From an uncultured Verrucomicrobiae bacterium (GTDB lineage: Bacteria; Verrucomicrobiota; Verrucomicrobiia; Chthoniobacterales; JAATET01): 64,000 nucleotides of DNA. Below are positions 28,872 to 39,413 of the stretch, one piece after another. The notes beneath the pieces were generated by a model. The model ran no database searches. It saw nothing but the letters and a program-made list of their open reading frames with translations, and was not told where the DNA came from. Each line of letters opens with the position of its first letter. Position 1 is the stretch's first letter. The translations under genes were made by a program, and so were the position numbers. The stretch is taken from assembly GCA_963719495.1 (NCBI GenBank), contig CAVRCI010000012.1, positions 32,001 through 96,000 of the forward strand, given 5' to 3'.

Positions 28872-28898
28872 ACGCCGGACCCGCGGGTCCGGCGTTTT
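28872..28898 (+). terminator. Rho-independent terminator
   Basis: ACGCCGGACC-CGCG-GGTCCGGCGT hairpin followed by a T run. Confidence 0.75.
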
Positions 28899-28901
28899 CG
28901 T

Positions 28902-29696
28902 ATGCACATGAGACTATTTTCAACACTTCTCCTCGTTGCCGCGTTCTGCGTCGCTTGGACCGCTTGCGGCCCGGTGGCATCCACCTCGACCCTCACCGTC
29001 GGCATGGATCTCTCCTACCCGCCATTCGAGACCATCGACGAGTCGGGGGAGCCTTCCGGAATCAGCGTCGAAATCGCCGAAGCGCTCGGCGACTACCTCG
29101 CCCGACCCGTCCGGATCGAAAACATTCCGTTCGTCGGCCTCATCCCCGCTCTCCAGACCAACAAGGTTGATCTCGTGATTTCATCCATGACCGAAACCAG
29201 CGAACGCGCCGAATCGATCGATTTCTCCGACCCCTACCTCTCCACCGGCCTCGCGCTCCTCGTCGGAACCGAATCACCGATCACGTCGGCCGATGACCTC
29301 GACCAGCCGGAGCGCACCATCGCGGTGCGCCAGGGAACGACCGGCGAGACCTACGCCCGCTCGGCGTTCACCCAGGCCAAAGTCCTCGCCCTCGAGAAGG
29401 AATCATCCGCCGTCCTCGAAGTCATTCAAGGCAAGGCCGACGCCTTCATCTACGACCAGATGTCCGTCTGGCAGAACGCCCGCCAGCATCCCGGCGAAAC
29501 CAAAGCTCTGCTCCAACCCATCAAGGAAGAGTCCTGGGTAATCGGGATCAAGAAGGGCAACGACAGCCTTCGCGATCAGGTGAACGCCTTCCTCCGAATC
29601 TTCCGCTCCGCCGAAGGCTTCGAGCAGCTCGGCGACAAATACCTCGGCGACCAAAAAGAAGCCTTCGAGCGCGAAAACATCCCGTTCTACTTCTAG
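28902..29696 (+). CDS. Amino acid ABC transporter substrate-binding lipoprotein (family 3)
   Basis: Lipobox-like WTAC, YPPFE, ISSMTET.ER and FSDPY motifs. Confidence 0.9.
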   Translation: MHMRLFSTLLLVAAFCVAWTACGPVASTSTLTVGMDLSYPPFETIDESGEPSGISVEIAEALGDYLARPVRIENIPFVGLIPALQTNKVDLVISSMTETSERAESIDFSDPYLSTGLALLVGTESPITSADDLDQPERTIAVRQGTTGETYARSAFTQAKVLALEKESSAVLEVIQGKADAFIYDQMSVWQNARQHPGETKALLQPIKEESWVIGIKKGNDSLRDQVNAFLRIFRSAEGFEQLGDKYLGDQKEAFERENIPFYF

Positions 29697-29841
29697 AGCA
29701 CTTTCAAACTGGTTGGACGACTTGATCCGGCAAGCGGGGGGAGGGCGTCCCGCCCTCCTGATCCAAAAATTAGGACGAGACGTCCCCACCCCGTTTTCGT
29801 CGGCTCTTGCCGAGGTCGCCAGTGACTTTGAAATTGCGCTA
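29694..29841. mobile_element. ~148-bp MITE-like element with TA termini
   Basis: TAGAGCACTTTCAAACT versus reverse complement of the right end TAGCGCAATTTCAAAGT (14/17 match). Confidence 0.55.
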
Positions 29842-30057
29842 AGCCGAAATCCGACGAAAGACAATCGCCGTTGGCAAAAATCCAACCCGGAGGGCGAGGC
29901 TCCGACCGAGCCGTATTCGCATCGCATCGCCGTCGACGAGCGGGAGATCAGTCGCTTCAGGCGCTGACGCAACGGCTCGGCGGGAGCCTTGGCTTCCACT
30001 CACGAGGGTCTCCGGGTGCAAAGGATCGTCGTTTGATGCCAGTCTCCCTTGGATATC

Positions 30058-30177
30058 GGACGCACTCCGAAGTTCGTGCCATCGGCTTCCAGCCGATCAC
30101 CGCCCGAAAATCAGCTTGAAGCCGATTCGACTCGATACCCGAAAGGGCGCAGTCGCCCGGAACTTTGGTGTGAGGCC
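30058..30177. mobile_element. ~120-bp inverted-repeat element containing a REP pair
   Basis: GGACGCACTCCGAAGTTC versus GGCCTCACACCAAAGTTC (reverse complement of right end, 14/18 match); internal ATCGGCTTCCAGCCGAT hairpin. Confidence 0.45.
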
Positions 30178-30189
30178 CGAGATTCGGCC

Positions 30190-31050
30190 TCATTCCTCCG
30201 GCGCCAGGGCCGGGATCGCATACTCCCGCACGACCGCCATGTGCTGCATCTGGAAGCGCTCGCTGTCGCCCCGCCGCACCGGTTCCCCCAACGGCGCGAA
30301 GACCCGCGAGTCAAAGACCAACCCATGTGGAAATTCCTCCCCACCAACCGTCACCGGCACCTCGAAGCCGGCCAGCTCCTTCTCCGGCAGCACCCAGTCG
30401 TAGAGCTTTTCGCGCCTCGCATTCGTGTCGCCATCACCCGCCTGATCGACCGGCAGGTCACCATCCGTGGCGAAGACCTCCCCCAGGACCTCGATCGCCG
30501 GCGAATTCCTCGACGCCGTGTTGAAATCCCCGCCCAGCACGACCAGATCCTCCGGCGGAATGTCCGCCAGAAACCGACGCACCAGCTCCTCCGATTCCTC
30601 CACCCGCACGACTGATTTCTGCGAATACAAATGCACGCTGATCGCCCACAACATCCGCCCGTTTGGGAGAGCGATCTTCGCCCAGGCGAAATCGCGGTTC
30701 GTCTGCGTCGGATCGTCCCACTCGCCGGATTCGACGATGGGATACCGGCTCACAATGCCGTTCGGAATCCCCTCACCCTCCTCGCGAGAGAATTCAAACT
30801 CCTCGCCGAACGTGTCCCGAACCCATTCCGCCGTCGGCACCTCGCTGTTGAACTCCTGCATCAACGCAATGTCCGGCTCGAGAAACCGAAGAATCCGCGC
30901 ACCCGCACCCTCCGGATCCGCCGCCAGCGCGTAGGTCTGATACCGCCCGCTCGTCAGGTTCGAAGCGACGACCCGGACCTCGACCACCTCCGCTCCGACT
31001 GGCGGGGAAATCGCTAGCAACAGACAAGTCAGACGAATGAGCATTTTCAT
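30190..31050 (-). CDS. Secreted endonuclease/exonuclease/phosphatase family protein
   Basis: Signal peptide; SNL, DIALMQE, SVHL, GGDFN, YDWV and terminal H motifs. Confidence 0.85.
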   Translation of the reverse strand: MKMLIRLTCLLLAISPPVGAEVVEVRVVASNLTSGRYQTYALAADPEGAGARILRFLEPDIALMQEFNSEVPTAEWVRDTFGEEFEFSREEGEGIPNGIVSRYPIVESGEWDDPTQTNRDFAWAKIALPNGRMLWAISVHLYSQKSVVRVEESEELVRRFLADIPPEDLVVLGGDFNTASRNSPAIEVLGEVFATDGDLPVDQAGDGDTNARREKLYDWVLPEKELAGFEVPVTVGGEEFPHGLVFDSRVFAPLGEPVRRGDSERFQMQHMAVVREYAIPALAPEE

Positions 31051-31061
31051 AAATTTGAAGA

Positions 31062-31089
31062 TTTAGGATCGTTTAACACCGAACCTAAA
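31062..31089. promoter_or_regulatory. Candidate operator (imperfect inverted repeat) in the divergent promoter region
   Basis: TTTAGGATCG-N8-CGAACCTAAA (9/10 arms) in an AT-rich gap upstream of the RND operon. Confidence 0.45.
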
Positions 31090-31118
31090 AAATACTGGAT
31101 CAATTCCAAAGGTTCGAT

Positions 31119-32345
31119 ATGAGTCGAACTATGATGGACGGGCGGATTCGATTGGAGAGAAAAAAACTCGTCGGTCTCGCGGCCCTGCTTCTGACCGTGA
31201 TCGGCTGTGAGAAGAGACCCGAAGCGCCCGCCCGCCCCGCCCCGTCGGTGACGGTGGCCCAGCCGGTGTCGGAGCGCCTGATCGAATGGAACGAATACAC
31301 GGCCCGGCTCGCGGCCGTCGAAGCGGTCGAGATTCGGCCACGCGTCAGCGGATACATCGACTCCGTCCACTTCACCGAAGGCGAGCGTGTCGCCGAGGGT
31401 GATCTCCTTTTCAGCATCGACCCCAGACCCTTCGTCGCCGAGGTCAACCGCGCGAAAGCCGGTCTCGCTCAAGCCAACGCCGCCGCCAGCCTCGGCCGGG
31501 CGAACCTCAAGCGCGCCATCGAGCTGGCCCGGACGCAGGTGATCTCCAAGGAGGAGGCCGACATCCGGCAATCCGAATCGCTTCAGGCCGACGCCGACGT
31601 CGAGGAGGCGCGGGCCAACCTCGACGCCGCGACTCTTCAGCTGGACTACACCAAAATCTCCGCCCCGATCTCCGGCATTGCCGGCCGTTACCTCGTGACC
31701 CGGGGTAATCTGATCCAAGGTGGATCGGGCCAGGGGACGCTGCTCACGACCGTCGTTCCGCACGATCCGATCTACGCTTATTTCGAAACCGACGAGGCGG
31801 CCGTCCTCAGTAGTATTCGCCGATTTTTCGAGGGGAAAATCGCGGGCCGCGGCGAGGAGGGCAGCCGTCCCATTGAAATGGAGCTGGCCGACGAAACCGA
31901 TTTTCCGCGGAGGGGTGAGGTCGATTTCATCGATAACCAGCTCGACACCGATACGGCGACCCTGCTGATTCGCGGGAAGTTCGAGAACGACAATTTCCTG
32001 CTCACACCCGGCATGTTTGCCCGCGTTCGCGTCCCCGCCAGCGACGAATACGACGCGATCCTCATTCCCGACGAGGCCATCGGAGCCGACCTGTCCCAGC
32101 GCTTCGTCTGGGTGCTCGGCGAGGACAACAAGGTCGAGCGTCGCACCGTCGAACTCGGGCCCCATCACCAGAAACTGCGCATCGTCCGCTCGGGCCTCTC
32201 GACCGACGACCAGCTCGTAATCCGCGGCACCCAGACGCTCCGTCCCGGCACCGAGGTCAAGCCGGAGGAAGGCAGGATCGATACCGGCGACGCGGAGCCG
32301 ACGCCGACGCCAGCCGCCACGCCGGTCGAGGAGGACGCTCGGTGA
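31119..32345 (+). CDS. RND efflux periplasmic adaptor (MFP)
   Basis: Lipobox VIGC, RPRVSGYI, YTKISAPISG, FIDNQLD and PGMFARVR motifs. Confidence 0.93.
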   Translation: MSRTMMDGRIRLERKKLVGLAALLLTVIGCEKRPEAPARPAPSVTVAQPVSERLIEWNEYTARLAAVEAVEIRPRVSGYIDSVHFTEGERVAEGDLLFSIDPRPFVAEVNRAKAGLAQANAAASLGRANLKRAIELARTQVISKEEADIRQSESLQADADVEEARANLDAATLQLDYTKISAPISGIAGRYLVTRGNLIQGGSGQGTLLTTVVPHDPIYAYFETDEAAVLSSIRRFFEGKIAGRGEEGSRPIEMELADETDFPRRGEVDFIDNQLDTDTATLLIRGKFENDNFLLTPGMFARVRVPASDEYDAILIPDEAIGADLSQRFVWVLGEDNKVERRTVELGPHHQKLRIVRSGLSTDDQLVIRGTQTLRPGTEVKPEEGRIDTGDAEPTPTPAATPVEEDAR

Positions 32346-32427
32346 AGCTCTCCTCACTTCGACCACTACGAACCGCCGGAAACCTCGTGGAAGCGGAAGC
32401 CACGACGCTTCCAACCATGGCCGCCCG

Positions 32428-35400
32428 ATGAACCTGAGCCATTTCTTCATCGACCGGCCGCGGTTCGCCGCCGTGCTCTCCATCGTCATCATGATCGTGG
32501 GCGGGATCTCCTACTTCACGCTGCCGATCGCGCAATTCCCGGAGGTCGCGCCACCGACCGTCGTCGTCCGCGCCAACTACCCGGGAGCGACGCCGAACGT
32601 GATCGCCGAGACCGTCGCCGCGCCGCTCGAGCAGGAGATCAACGGTGTCGAAAACATGATCTACCTCAGCTCGCAGGCCACGTCCGACGGCGGGCTCGCG
32701 ATCACGGTGACCTTCGCGCTCGGCACCGATCTCGACGAAGCCCAGGTCCTCGTGCAGAACCGCGTCGCCATCGCGGAGCCGCGTCTGCCGGAGGAAGTCC
32801 GCCGCATCGGTGTGACCGTCATCAAGAGCACACCCGACCTCCTGATGGTCGTCCAGATGTTCTCGCCCGACGAGACCTTCGACGAGCTCTACGTCAGCAA
32901 CTACGCCATCCTACAGGTCCGCGAGAAGCTCCGCCGCATTGATGGTGTCGGCGAAGTCCGCCTCTTCGGCGCGCGTGAATACAGCATGCGAATCTGGCTC
33001 GACCCGGATCGCCTTTCTTCGCTCAGCATGACGCCCGGCGAAGTCGTCGACGCCCTTCGCGAACAGAACGTTCAGGTCGCCGCCGGCGCCTTCGGTCAGC
33101 AGCCAGCGCCGCCCGGCACGGCGACGCAGATCAACATCAGCGCGCTCGGGCGCCTGAGCGAAGAAACGGAATTCGAGAACATCGTCGTCAAGACCGGCTC
33201 GGACGGCAAAGTCGTTCGCCTCCGCGACGTCGCCCGCGTCGAGCTCGGCGCGCTCGACTACGGCGTCAACAACTACGCCACCGACATCCCCGCCCTCGCG
33301 ATGCCGATCTCCCAACGTCCGGGATCGAATGCCCTCGAGACCTCGCGACTCATCCGCGAGGCGATGACCGAAATGAGCCGCGATTTTCCGGAGGGCCTCG
33401 AATACGCGATCATCTACGACCCGACCGTCTTCATCGCGGAATCCGTCGAATCCGTGAAGCACACGATCTACGAGGCCATCATCCTCGTGGTGCTCGTGAT
33501 CATGGTCTTCCTCCAATCGTGGCGCGCCTCGGTCATCCCGCTCGTTGCCATCCCGGTCTCGCTCATCGGGACGTTCGCCTGCATGGAGGCGCTCGGATTT
33601 TCGCTGAACAATCTGTCGCTCTTCGGCCTCGTGCTGGCGATCGGTATCGTGGTCGACGACGCCATCGTCGTGGTCGAAAATATCCAGCGCAACCTCGAGG
33701 AAGGCCTCGAGCCACGCGAAGCCGCCCGCAAGGCGATGACCGAAGTGAGCGGCGCGGTGATCGCAACGACGCTCGTGATGGTCGCCATCTTTGTGCCGAC
33801 GGCGTTTCTGCCCGGGATCTCGGGAGAATTCTATCGGCAGTTCGCCCTCACGATCGCGTGTTCCGTCACCATCTCGAGTTTCGTTTCGCTCACGCTCAGC
33901 CCGGCGCTTTGCGCAATTCTGCTCAAGCCCGAGGATGCGAAGCCGGATTGGTTTACCCGGATGTGGAACTTCCTCTTTGGCTGGTTCTTCAGGGGCTTCA
34001 ACTGGGTCTTCGACAAAGTCATCGGCGGATACACCGGTGCCGTGCGTCGACTCGTCCGGCTGAGCCTCATCGCGATGCTTTTCTACGTTGGAATGCTCGC
34101 GCTCACGTGGTTTGGGTTCCGCGTCGTCCCGGCTGGCTTCATCCCGCAGCAGGACCAGGGTTACGCCATCATCGCGGCCCAACTGCCCGACGGAGCCTCG
34201 TTGCAACGCACCGACGCGGTTGTGAAGGATCTCGTGAAAATCGCCACGGGAGTCGAGGGGATCGAAAGCGTCGTCGCGTTCGCTGGCTTCAACGGCGCGA
34301 CCTTCACCAACGCGCCGAACTCTGCCGCGATGTTTCCGGTTTTCCTCCCGTTCGAGGAGCGCTCCAAAAAAGGAATCACCGGCGAATCCATCATCGCCGA
34401 ACTTCGCCAACGCACGGCAGCCATTCAGGACGCCATCGTGTTCGTGATCCCGCCGCCATCCGTGCGCGGCATCGGCAATGGCGGCGGCTTCAAGATGATG
34501 CTCGAGGACCGCGCCGACCTCGGCTCGCAGGCCCTGCAGGACGCGGCGATGCGACTGATCGCCGCCGCGAACTCCGAGCCCGTCATCGCGCAGGCTTTCA
34601 CAGCCTTCCGCGCCAGCGTCCCGCGCTACTTCGCCGACGTCGACCGCGTGAAGGCGAAGATGCTCGACGTCCCGCTCGGCAACGTCTTTTCGGCGATGCA
34701 GATTTACCTCGGCTCGCTCTTCGTGAACGACCTCAACCTCTTCGGTCGCACCTACCGCGTTACCGCGCAGGCCGACATCCCGTTCCGCGACGAAGCCAGG
34801 GACCTCGACCGATTAAAAACCCGCAACAACACCGGCGGCATGGTCCCGCTCGGATCGCTCGTGGAACTGAAACTCACGACCGGCCCCGACCGTTTCGTTC
34901 GCTACAACCTGTATCCCGCCCTGGCAATTCAGGGGTCCGCCGCGCCCGGATTCTCGACCGGTGAAGTCATTCAAACGATGGAGCGGCTCGCCGCCGACAT
35001 TCTCCCACCGGGCGTCACCTACGAGTGGACCGAACTCGCCTACCAGGAGACGCAGGCCGGCTCGACGGGACTGCTCGTGTTTCCGCTCGCGGTGCTCTTC
35101 GTCTTCCTCGTGCTCGTCGCGCAATACGAGAACTGGTCGCTGCCGCTGGCCGTCATCATGATCGTGCCGATGTGCCTGATCGGCGCGATCTGGTTCGTCT
35201 GGCTCCGCGGCATGGACAACAACATCCTCACGCAAATTGGCCTCGTCGTGCTGATCGGCCTGGCGGCAAAAAATGCCATCCTCATCGTGGAATTTGCCAA
35301 GCAGAAAGAAGACGATGGCCTCGGTCTCTTCGACGCCGCCGTCGAAGCGTCGAAGCTGCGCCTGCGCCCGATCCTCATGACGTCGTTCGCGTTCATCCTC

Positions 35401-35574
35401 GGCGTCGTGCCTCTCGTCATCGCGAGCGGAGCGGGATCGGAGATGCGTCAGTCGCTGGGCACCGCCGTTTTCGGCGGCATGCTCGGCGTCACGATCTTTG
35501 GTGTCTTCCTGACGCCCGTCTTCTACGTCCTGATCCGAAGACTCGGCGGCGGCGGAAAGGGACATCGTGGCTGA
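32428..35574 (+). CDS. RND efflux permease, HAE1 family (MexF/OqxB-like)
   Basis: FFIDRPRFA, GIVVDDAIVVVEN, KNAILIVEFA and RLRPILMTS motifs; 1048 aa. Confidence 0.96.
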   Translation: MNLSHFFIDRPRFAAVLSIVIMIVGGISYFTLPIAQFPEVAPPTVVVRANYPGATPNVIAETVAAPLEQEINGVENMIYLSSQATSDGGLAITVTFALGTDLDEAQVLVQNRVAIAEPRLPEEVRRIGVTVIKSTPDLLMVVQMFSPDETFDELYVSNYAILQVREKLRRIDGVGEVRLFGAREYSMRIWLDPDRLSSLSMTPGEVVDALREQNVQVAAGAFGQQPAPPGTATQINISALGRLSEETEFENIVVKTGSDGKVVRLRDVARVELGALDYGVNNYATDIPALAMPISQRPGSNALETSRLIREAMTEMSRDFPEGLEYAIIYDPTVFIAESVESVKHTIYEAIILVVLVIMVFLQSWRASVIPLVAIPVSLIGTFACMEALGFSLNNLSLFGLVLAIGIVVDDAIVVVENIQRNLEEGLEPREAARKAMTEVSGAVIATTLVMVAIFVPTAFLPGISGEFYRQFALTIACSVTISSFVSLTLSPALCAILLKPEDAKPDWFTRMWNFLFGWFFRGFNWVFDKVIGGYTGAVRRLVRLSLIAMLFYVGMLALTWFGFRVVPAGFIPQQDQGYAIIAAQLPDGASLQRTDAVVKDLVKIATGVEGIESVVAFAGFNGATFTNAPNSAAMFPVFLPFEERSKKGITGESIIAELRQRTAAIQDAIVFVIPPPSVRGIGNGGGFKMMLEDRADLGSQALQDAAMRLIAAANSEPVIAQAFTAFRASVPRYFADVDRVKAKMLDVPLGNVFSAMQIYLGSLFVNDLNLFGRTYRVTAQADIPFRDEARDLDRLKTRNNTGGMVPLGSLVELKLTTGPDRFVRYNLYPALAIQGSAAPGFSTGEVIQTMERLAADILPPGVTYEWTELAYQETQAGSTGLLVFPLAVLFVFLVLVAQYENWSLPLAVIMIVPMCLIGAIWFVWLRGMDNNILTQIGLVVLIGLAAKNAILIVEFAKQKEDDGLGLFDAAVEASKLRLRPILMTSFAFILGVVPLVIASGAGSEMRQSLGTAVFGGMLGVTIFGVFLTPVFYVLIRRLGGGGKGHRG

Positions 35575-36175
35575 CGCGACTTCGCTCGTCGACGGACGCT
35601 GCGGGTGGGGCGCCGAGCCGGAGATCTACCGCCGATACCACGACGAAGAGTGGGGCCGCCCGGTCGCCGACGACCGGCGGCTCTTCGAAAAAATCTGTCT
35701 CGAAGGATTCCAGAGCGGCCTGAGCTGGCTGACCATTCTCAAGAAGCGGGAAAATTTCCGCGCCGCCTTCGCGGGCTTTGATTTTCGTAAAATCGCCGAG
35801 TTCGACCAGACCGACGAGACCCGCCTGATGAACGACGCCGGCATCGTCCGCCACCGCGGCAAAATCCAGGCGACCGTCAACAACGCCCGCCGCGCCGTCG
35901 AGCTCGTCGAGGAATGCGGCTCACTCGCCGCGTATTTCTGGCGCTGGGAACCGCCCACCGCCGCGACCGGCGCATTCGTCAGCCAATCGCCGGAGTCCCG
36001 GGCGCTCAGCAAAGATCTGCGGCGGCGCGGCTGGAAATTTGTCGGTCCCACCACCGCCTACGCGTTCATGCAAGCCATGGGCCTCGTGAACGACCACCTC
36101 CCCGGCTGCCGGGCGCTCGCCGAATGCGCCCGCACTCGCGACATTTTCGTCAAGCCAGGCGTGCGGTGCAAATAG
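35567..36175 (+). CDS. tag: DNA-3-methyladenine glycosylase I
   Basis: RCGW, YHDEEWG, LEGFQSGLSW and FMQAMGLVNDH motifs. Confidence 0.95.
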   Translation: MADATSLVDGRCGWGAEPEIYRRYHDEEWGRPVADDRRLFEKICLEGFQSGLSWLTILKKRENFRAAFAGFDFRKIAEFDQTDETRLMNDAGIVRHRGKIQATVNNARRAVELVEECGSLAAYFWRWEPPTAATGAFVSQSPESRALSKDLRRRGWKFVGPTTAYAFMQAMGLVNDHLPGCRALAECARTRDIFVKPGVRCK

Positions 36176-36260
36176 GGCCCGGTCGACCCGGCCCGTACAA
36201 AAGGTTTTCCATCACCGGGTCGTTCCAATATTTTCCGCGTCTCCCCTCGTGGGAGTCATC

Positions 36261-36911
36261 ATGCGTTACAAAACTCTGATTTTTCACGGTGGCTGGGATG
36301 GCCACTCACCAACCGAAATGGCGAACAAAACCGCCGAATCCCTGGGTCGCGAGGGCCACGATGTCGTCCTGAGCGACTCCCTCGATTGCCTCACCGATGC
36401 CGACGCGCTTCTGAACTACGACCTGATCGTGCCGTGCTGGACGATGGGAACTCTGCCGGAAGGCGCGATCGCCAACCTCACCGCCGCCGTGCGCGCCGGC
36501 ACGGGACTCGCCGGTTTCCACGGCGGGATGGGCGATGCCTTCCGCGGCGAAATCGATTTCGAATGGATGGCCGGTGGACACTTCCTCGGTCACCCGACCG
36601 TCGGCACCTACGAAGTCCAGGTCACCCAACCCGACAATCCGATCATGGCCGGCGTCCCGGCGACCTTCGAATACGACTCCGAGCAATACTACATGGCCAT
36701 GGATCCGGCCGTCACCGTGCTCGCCGAGACGCCCTACACCTACGAAGCGCAGACCGTGGCGATGCCCGCCGTCTGGACGCGGACGTGGGGCCAGGGGCGC
36801 GTCTTTTATTCGGCCTTCGGTCACAAGATCGAGGAGTTCGACACCTACCCGTTTGTCTGGGACATGACCGTGCGCGGACTTGTCTGGGCCACCCGCCCGG
36901 GGGTCGAATGA
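36261..36911 (+). CDS. ThuA-like domain protein
   Basis: GGWDGHSP, CWTMG, GFHGG, EQYY and WGQGRVFYSAFGH motifs. Confidence 0.85.
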   Translation: MRYKTLIFHGGWDGHSPTEMANKTAESLGREGHDVVLSDSLDCLTDADALLNYDLIVPCWTMGTLPEGAIANLTAAVRAGTGLAGFHGGMGDAFRGEIDFEWMAGGHFLGHPTVGTYEVQVTQPDNPIMAGVPATFEYDSEQYYMAMDPAVTVLAETPYTYEAQTVAMPAVWTRTWGQGRVFYSAFGHKIEEFDTYPFVWDMTVRGLVWATRPGVE

Positions 36912-37999
36912 GCCAGCGCACCCGCATCGGCATCGTTGGCTGCGGCGACATCGCCCGGAAGGCGTACCTCCCCTTCATCCGCGAGCGCGAGGAATGTGAG
37001 ATCGTGGCCTGCGCGGACGTCCGCGCCGACGTCGCGGCGACCCTCGCAACCGACTTCGGTATCCCGACCGTCCACACTCTCGACGAAATGCTCGCCGACC
37101 CGGGCGTCGACGTCATCCTCAACCTCACGCACCCCGCCGCCCACGCGCCGGTGAACCTCGCCGCGCTCGAAAACGGCAAACACGTCGTCTGCGAAAAACC
37201 CTTCGCTCTCGACCGCGAAGAAGGCCAGGCCGTGCTCGCGAAGTCCAGGGAGACCGGCCTGCTCGTCGCCTGCGCACCCGACACCGTGCTCGGCCCCGGC
37301 ACCCAGACCGCCCGCCAGGCCATCGACTCGGGATTGATCGGCCAGCCCGTCGGCGGCCGCGTGATGTGGACCTGTGGCGGCCACGAAGCCTGGCACCCGA
37401 ATCCGGCTTTCTACTACCAGCACGGCGGCGGCCCCATGCTCGACATGGGACCCTATTACCTCTCCGCGCTGGTCCATTTGCTCGGCCCCATCAAGAGCAT
37501 CATCGGTCGCACGAGCCGCGCCCACGACTCCCGCACGATTGCCAGCCAGCCGCTCGCGGGTTCGGCCATCGACGTCGAGGTCGCCACGCATTACTCGGGG
37601 GTCGTCGAGATGGTCAGCGGAGTTCACGTCGTCGCGCTCATGAGTTTCGACGTCCCGGGATCGCCCGATTTTGGTTCTCTTCCCGAGATCATGGGCAGCA
37701 AGGGCACCCTGGTTTCGAGCGATCCGAACAGCTTCGCGGGAGAAGTCCGCTATCGGGCCGACAGCAAGGATTGGCTGACGGTCGATTCGAAGTTCGACTA
37801 TCCCGCCGGTCGCGGCCTCGGCCTCGTGGACCTCGTGCATTCGATCCACTCCGGGCAGGCCCCGCGGGCCAGCGGCGAGCTGGCCTACCACGTCCTCGAC
37901 GCGATGCTGGCCTTCGAGGATTCCGAGCGCACCGGACGACGGATCGACCTCGAGTCGACCTGCGAACGCCCCACCGCCATCGGCGAACGCGGCTTGTAA
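36908..37999 (+). CDS. Gfo/Idh/MocA oxidoreductase
   Basis: GIVGCGDIA, CEKP, APDT.LG and GGGPMLDMGPYY motifs; ATGA overlap with the ThuA-like gene. Confidence 0.9.
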   Translation: MSQRTRIGIVGCGDIARKAYLPFIREREECEIVACADVRADVAATLATDFGIPTVHTLDEMLADPGVDVILNLTHPAAHAPVNLAALENGKHVVCEKPFALDREEGQAVLAKSRETGLLVACAPDTVLGPGTQTARQAIDSGLIGQPVGGRVMWTCGGHEAWHPNPAFYYQHGGGPMLDMGPYYLSALVHLLGPIKSIIGRTSRAHDSRTIASQPLAGSAIDVEVATHYSGVVEMVSGVHVVALMSFDVPGSPDFGSLPEIMGSKGTLVSSDPNSFAGEVRYRADSKDWLTVDSKFDYPAGRGLGLVDLVHSIHSGQAPRASGELAYHVLDAMLAFEDSERTGRRIDLESTCERPTAIGERGL

Positions 38000-38108
38000 C
38001 CAAGTGGCGCGCAGCGCCAATCCTTCAAAGGTAGGGATGGTCGCGCCGCGCCAGCCGTCACTTCCCCGCGGGACTCTCGACGCCAACCGAGCACGGGATC
38101 GCGATCCG

Positions 38109-39339
38109 CTACCGGCCCAGCAGCCGCCCGATCGCCAGCGCATTCAGCACCGTCTTGGGGACGAACGAATCGGCGGCGACCCATTCCTGCTCCTTCGTCC
38201 CATCGGCCGATTGCTCGGAACAATGGGAATTCTCCCCGCCGGGCCCCAGCCCGTCCAGCGTCGGAAAGGTGCCCCACAGGACGTTGCCGTCGCTGAGCCC
38301 CCCGCGGGACGGCGAGCACCGAATGGCCCACTTGGCGGCCCGCCTCCTTCCAGATCGCGATGAGCGAGTCCGTCCCCTCGTTCCGCGGCCACGGCGGAGT
38401 CTCGTCCTCGACCTCGACCACCACCTCGCAGGCCCGGTGGGATCCGTCCTGCGACCGCACCCGGCCCGGCCCGGCCAGCGCGAGCAGCTTCGTTTTCGCC
38501 GCCGCGTAGACGTCCGGGTCAAACGCCCGCAGCTCGAGCCGGGCGTACGCCTCGTGGGGCACCCGGTTGGTCACGGTGCCGCCCTCGATTCGACCGACGT
38601 TGACCGTGAGATCGGCGTCGTAATCCGTGAGCGCACTCGCTTCCGCGACGACGCGGGCCAGCTCGACGATGGCGTTCGCCCCGGCGGCGTGGCCACCGCC
38701 CGCGTGGGCGGCGTGGCCGGCGACTCCGATCCTCACGGAAGCCCGTCCCTTGCGGGCGGCGACGAGTTCGGACGTCTTCGGGGCGCTCGAGTCGGCCTCG
38801 AAAATGAGGCAGGCGCGGGTGTCGGACGGGAGCACGCGGTGACAAACCCGGCCAAAGTCGTGCGAATCGACCTCCTCGCAGGCGTTGATCAGCAGGATCC
38901 AATCCGTCTCGTGGAAGAGCCCTTCGTCCGCGTCCCGGATGGCGTTTAGCAGGAGAAAAATCCCGACGGTTCCGCCCTTGATGTCGTTCGTTCCCGGGCC
39001 GTAGATCCGATCGCCTTCGCGGCGCCACGCAAAGGCGTTGCGCCGTTCTTCGTCCGCCGGAAAGACGGTGTCGTGGTGGGAGATGAGCGCAATGGTCGGC
39101 GCGCCCGGGATCTGCCGAGGTCGGCGAAGGATCAAGTGCGGGCCGTGCGCGGCGTTGGCGGCTGGCACCATTTCCGCCTCGAAACCCAGCGGGGCGAAGG
39201 CGGCGGCGGTCAGCTCGGCCACCCGGCGCACCCCATCCGGGTTCGTCGTGAAGCTGTTCACCGCGACCAGTCGCTCGAGCAACTCGAGGGCTGGCGTGAG
39301 GTGACGTTCGCAGATGGCGGTGAGATTCGTGGGATTCAT
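38109..39339 (-). pseudogene. M20 peptidase (glutamate carboxypeptidase-like), frameshifted near 38310
   Basis: SHHDTVF, GPGTNDIKGG and CEE in one frame; C-terminal RGGLSDGN..DGLGP...H in another frame. Confidence 0.8.
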
Positions 39340-39413
39340 TCGGTGGGAGACTGCCGGTGGCACGTCCATTGGACATGGCGCGCCCGATGCTAGGATAATC
39401 CGCAAACTCACGC

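Noticed and set aside
31062..31089. 28-bp inverted repeat as a dif site
   Set aside because: It lacks the ATAA/TTAT inner arms of XerC/XerD sites; kept only as a candidate operator.
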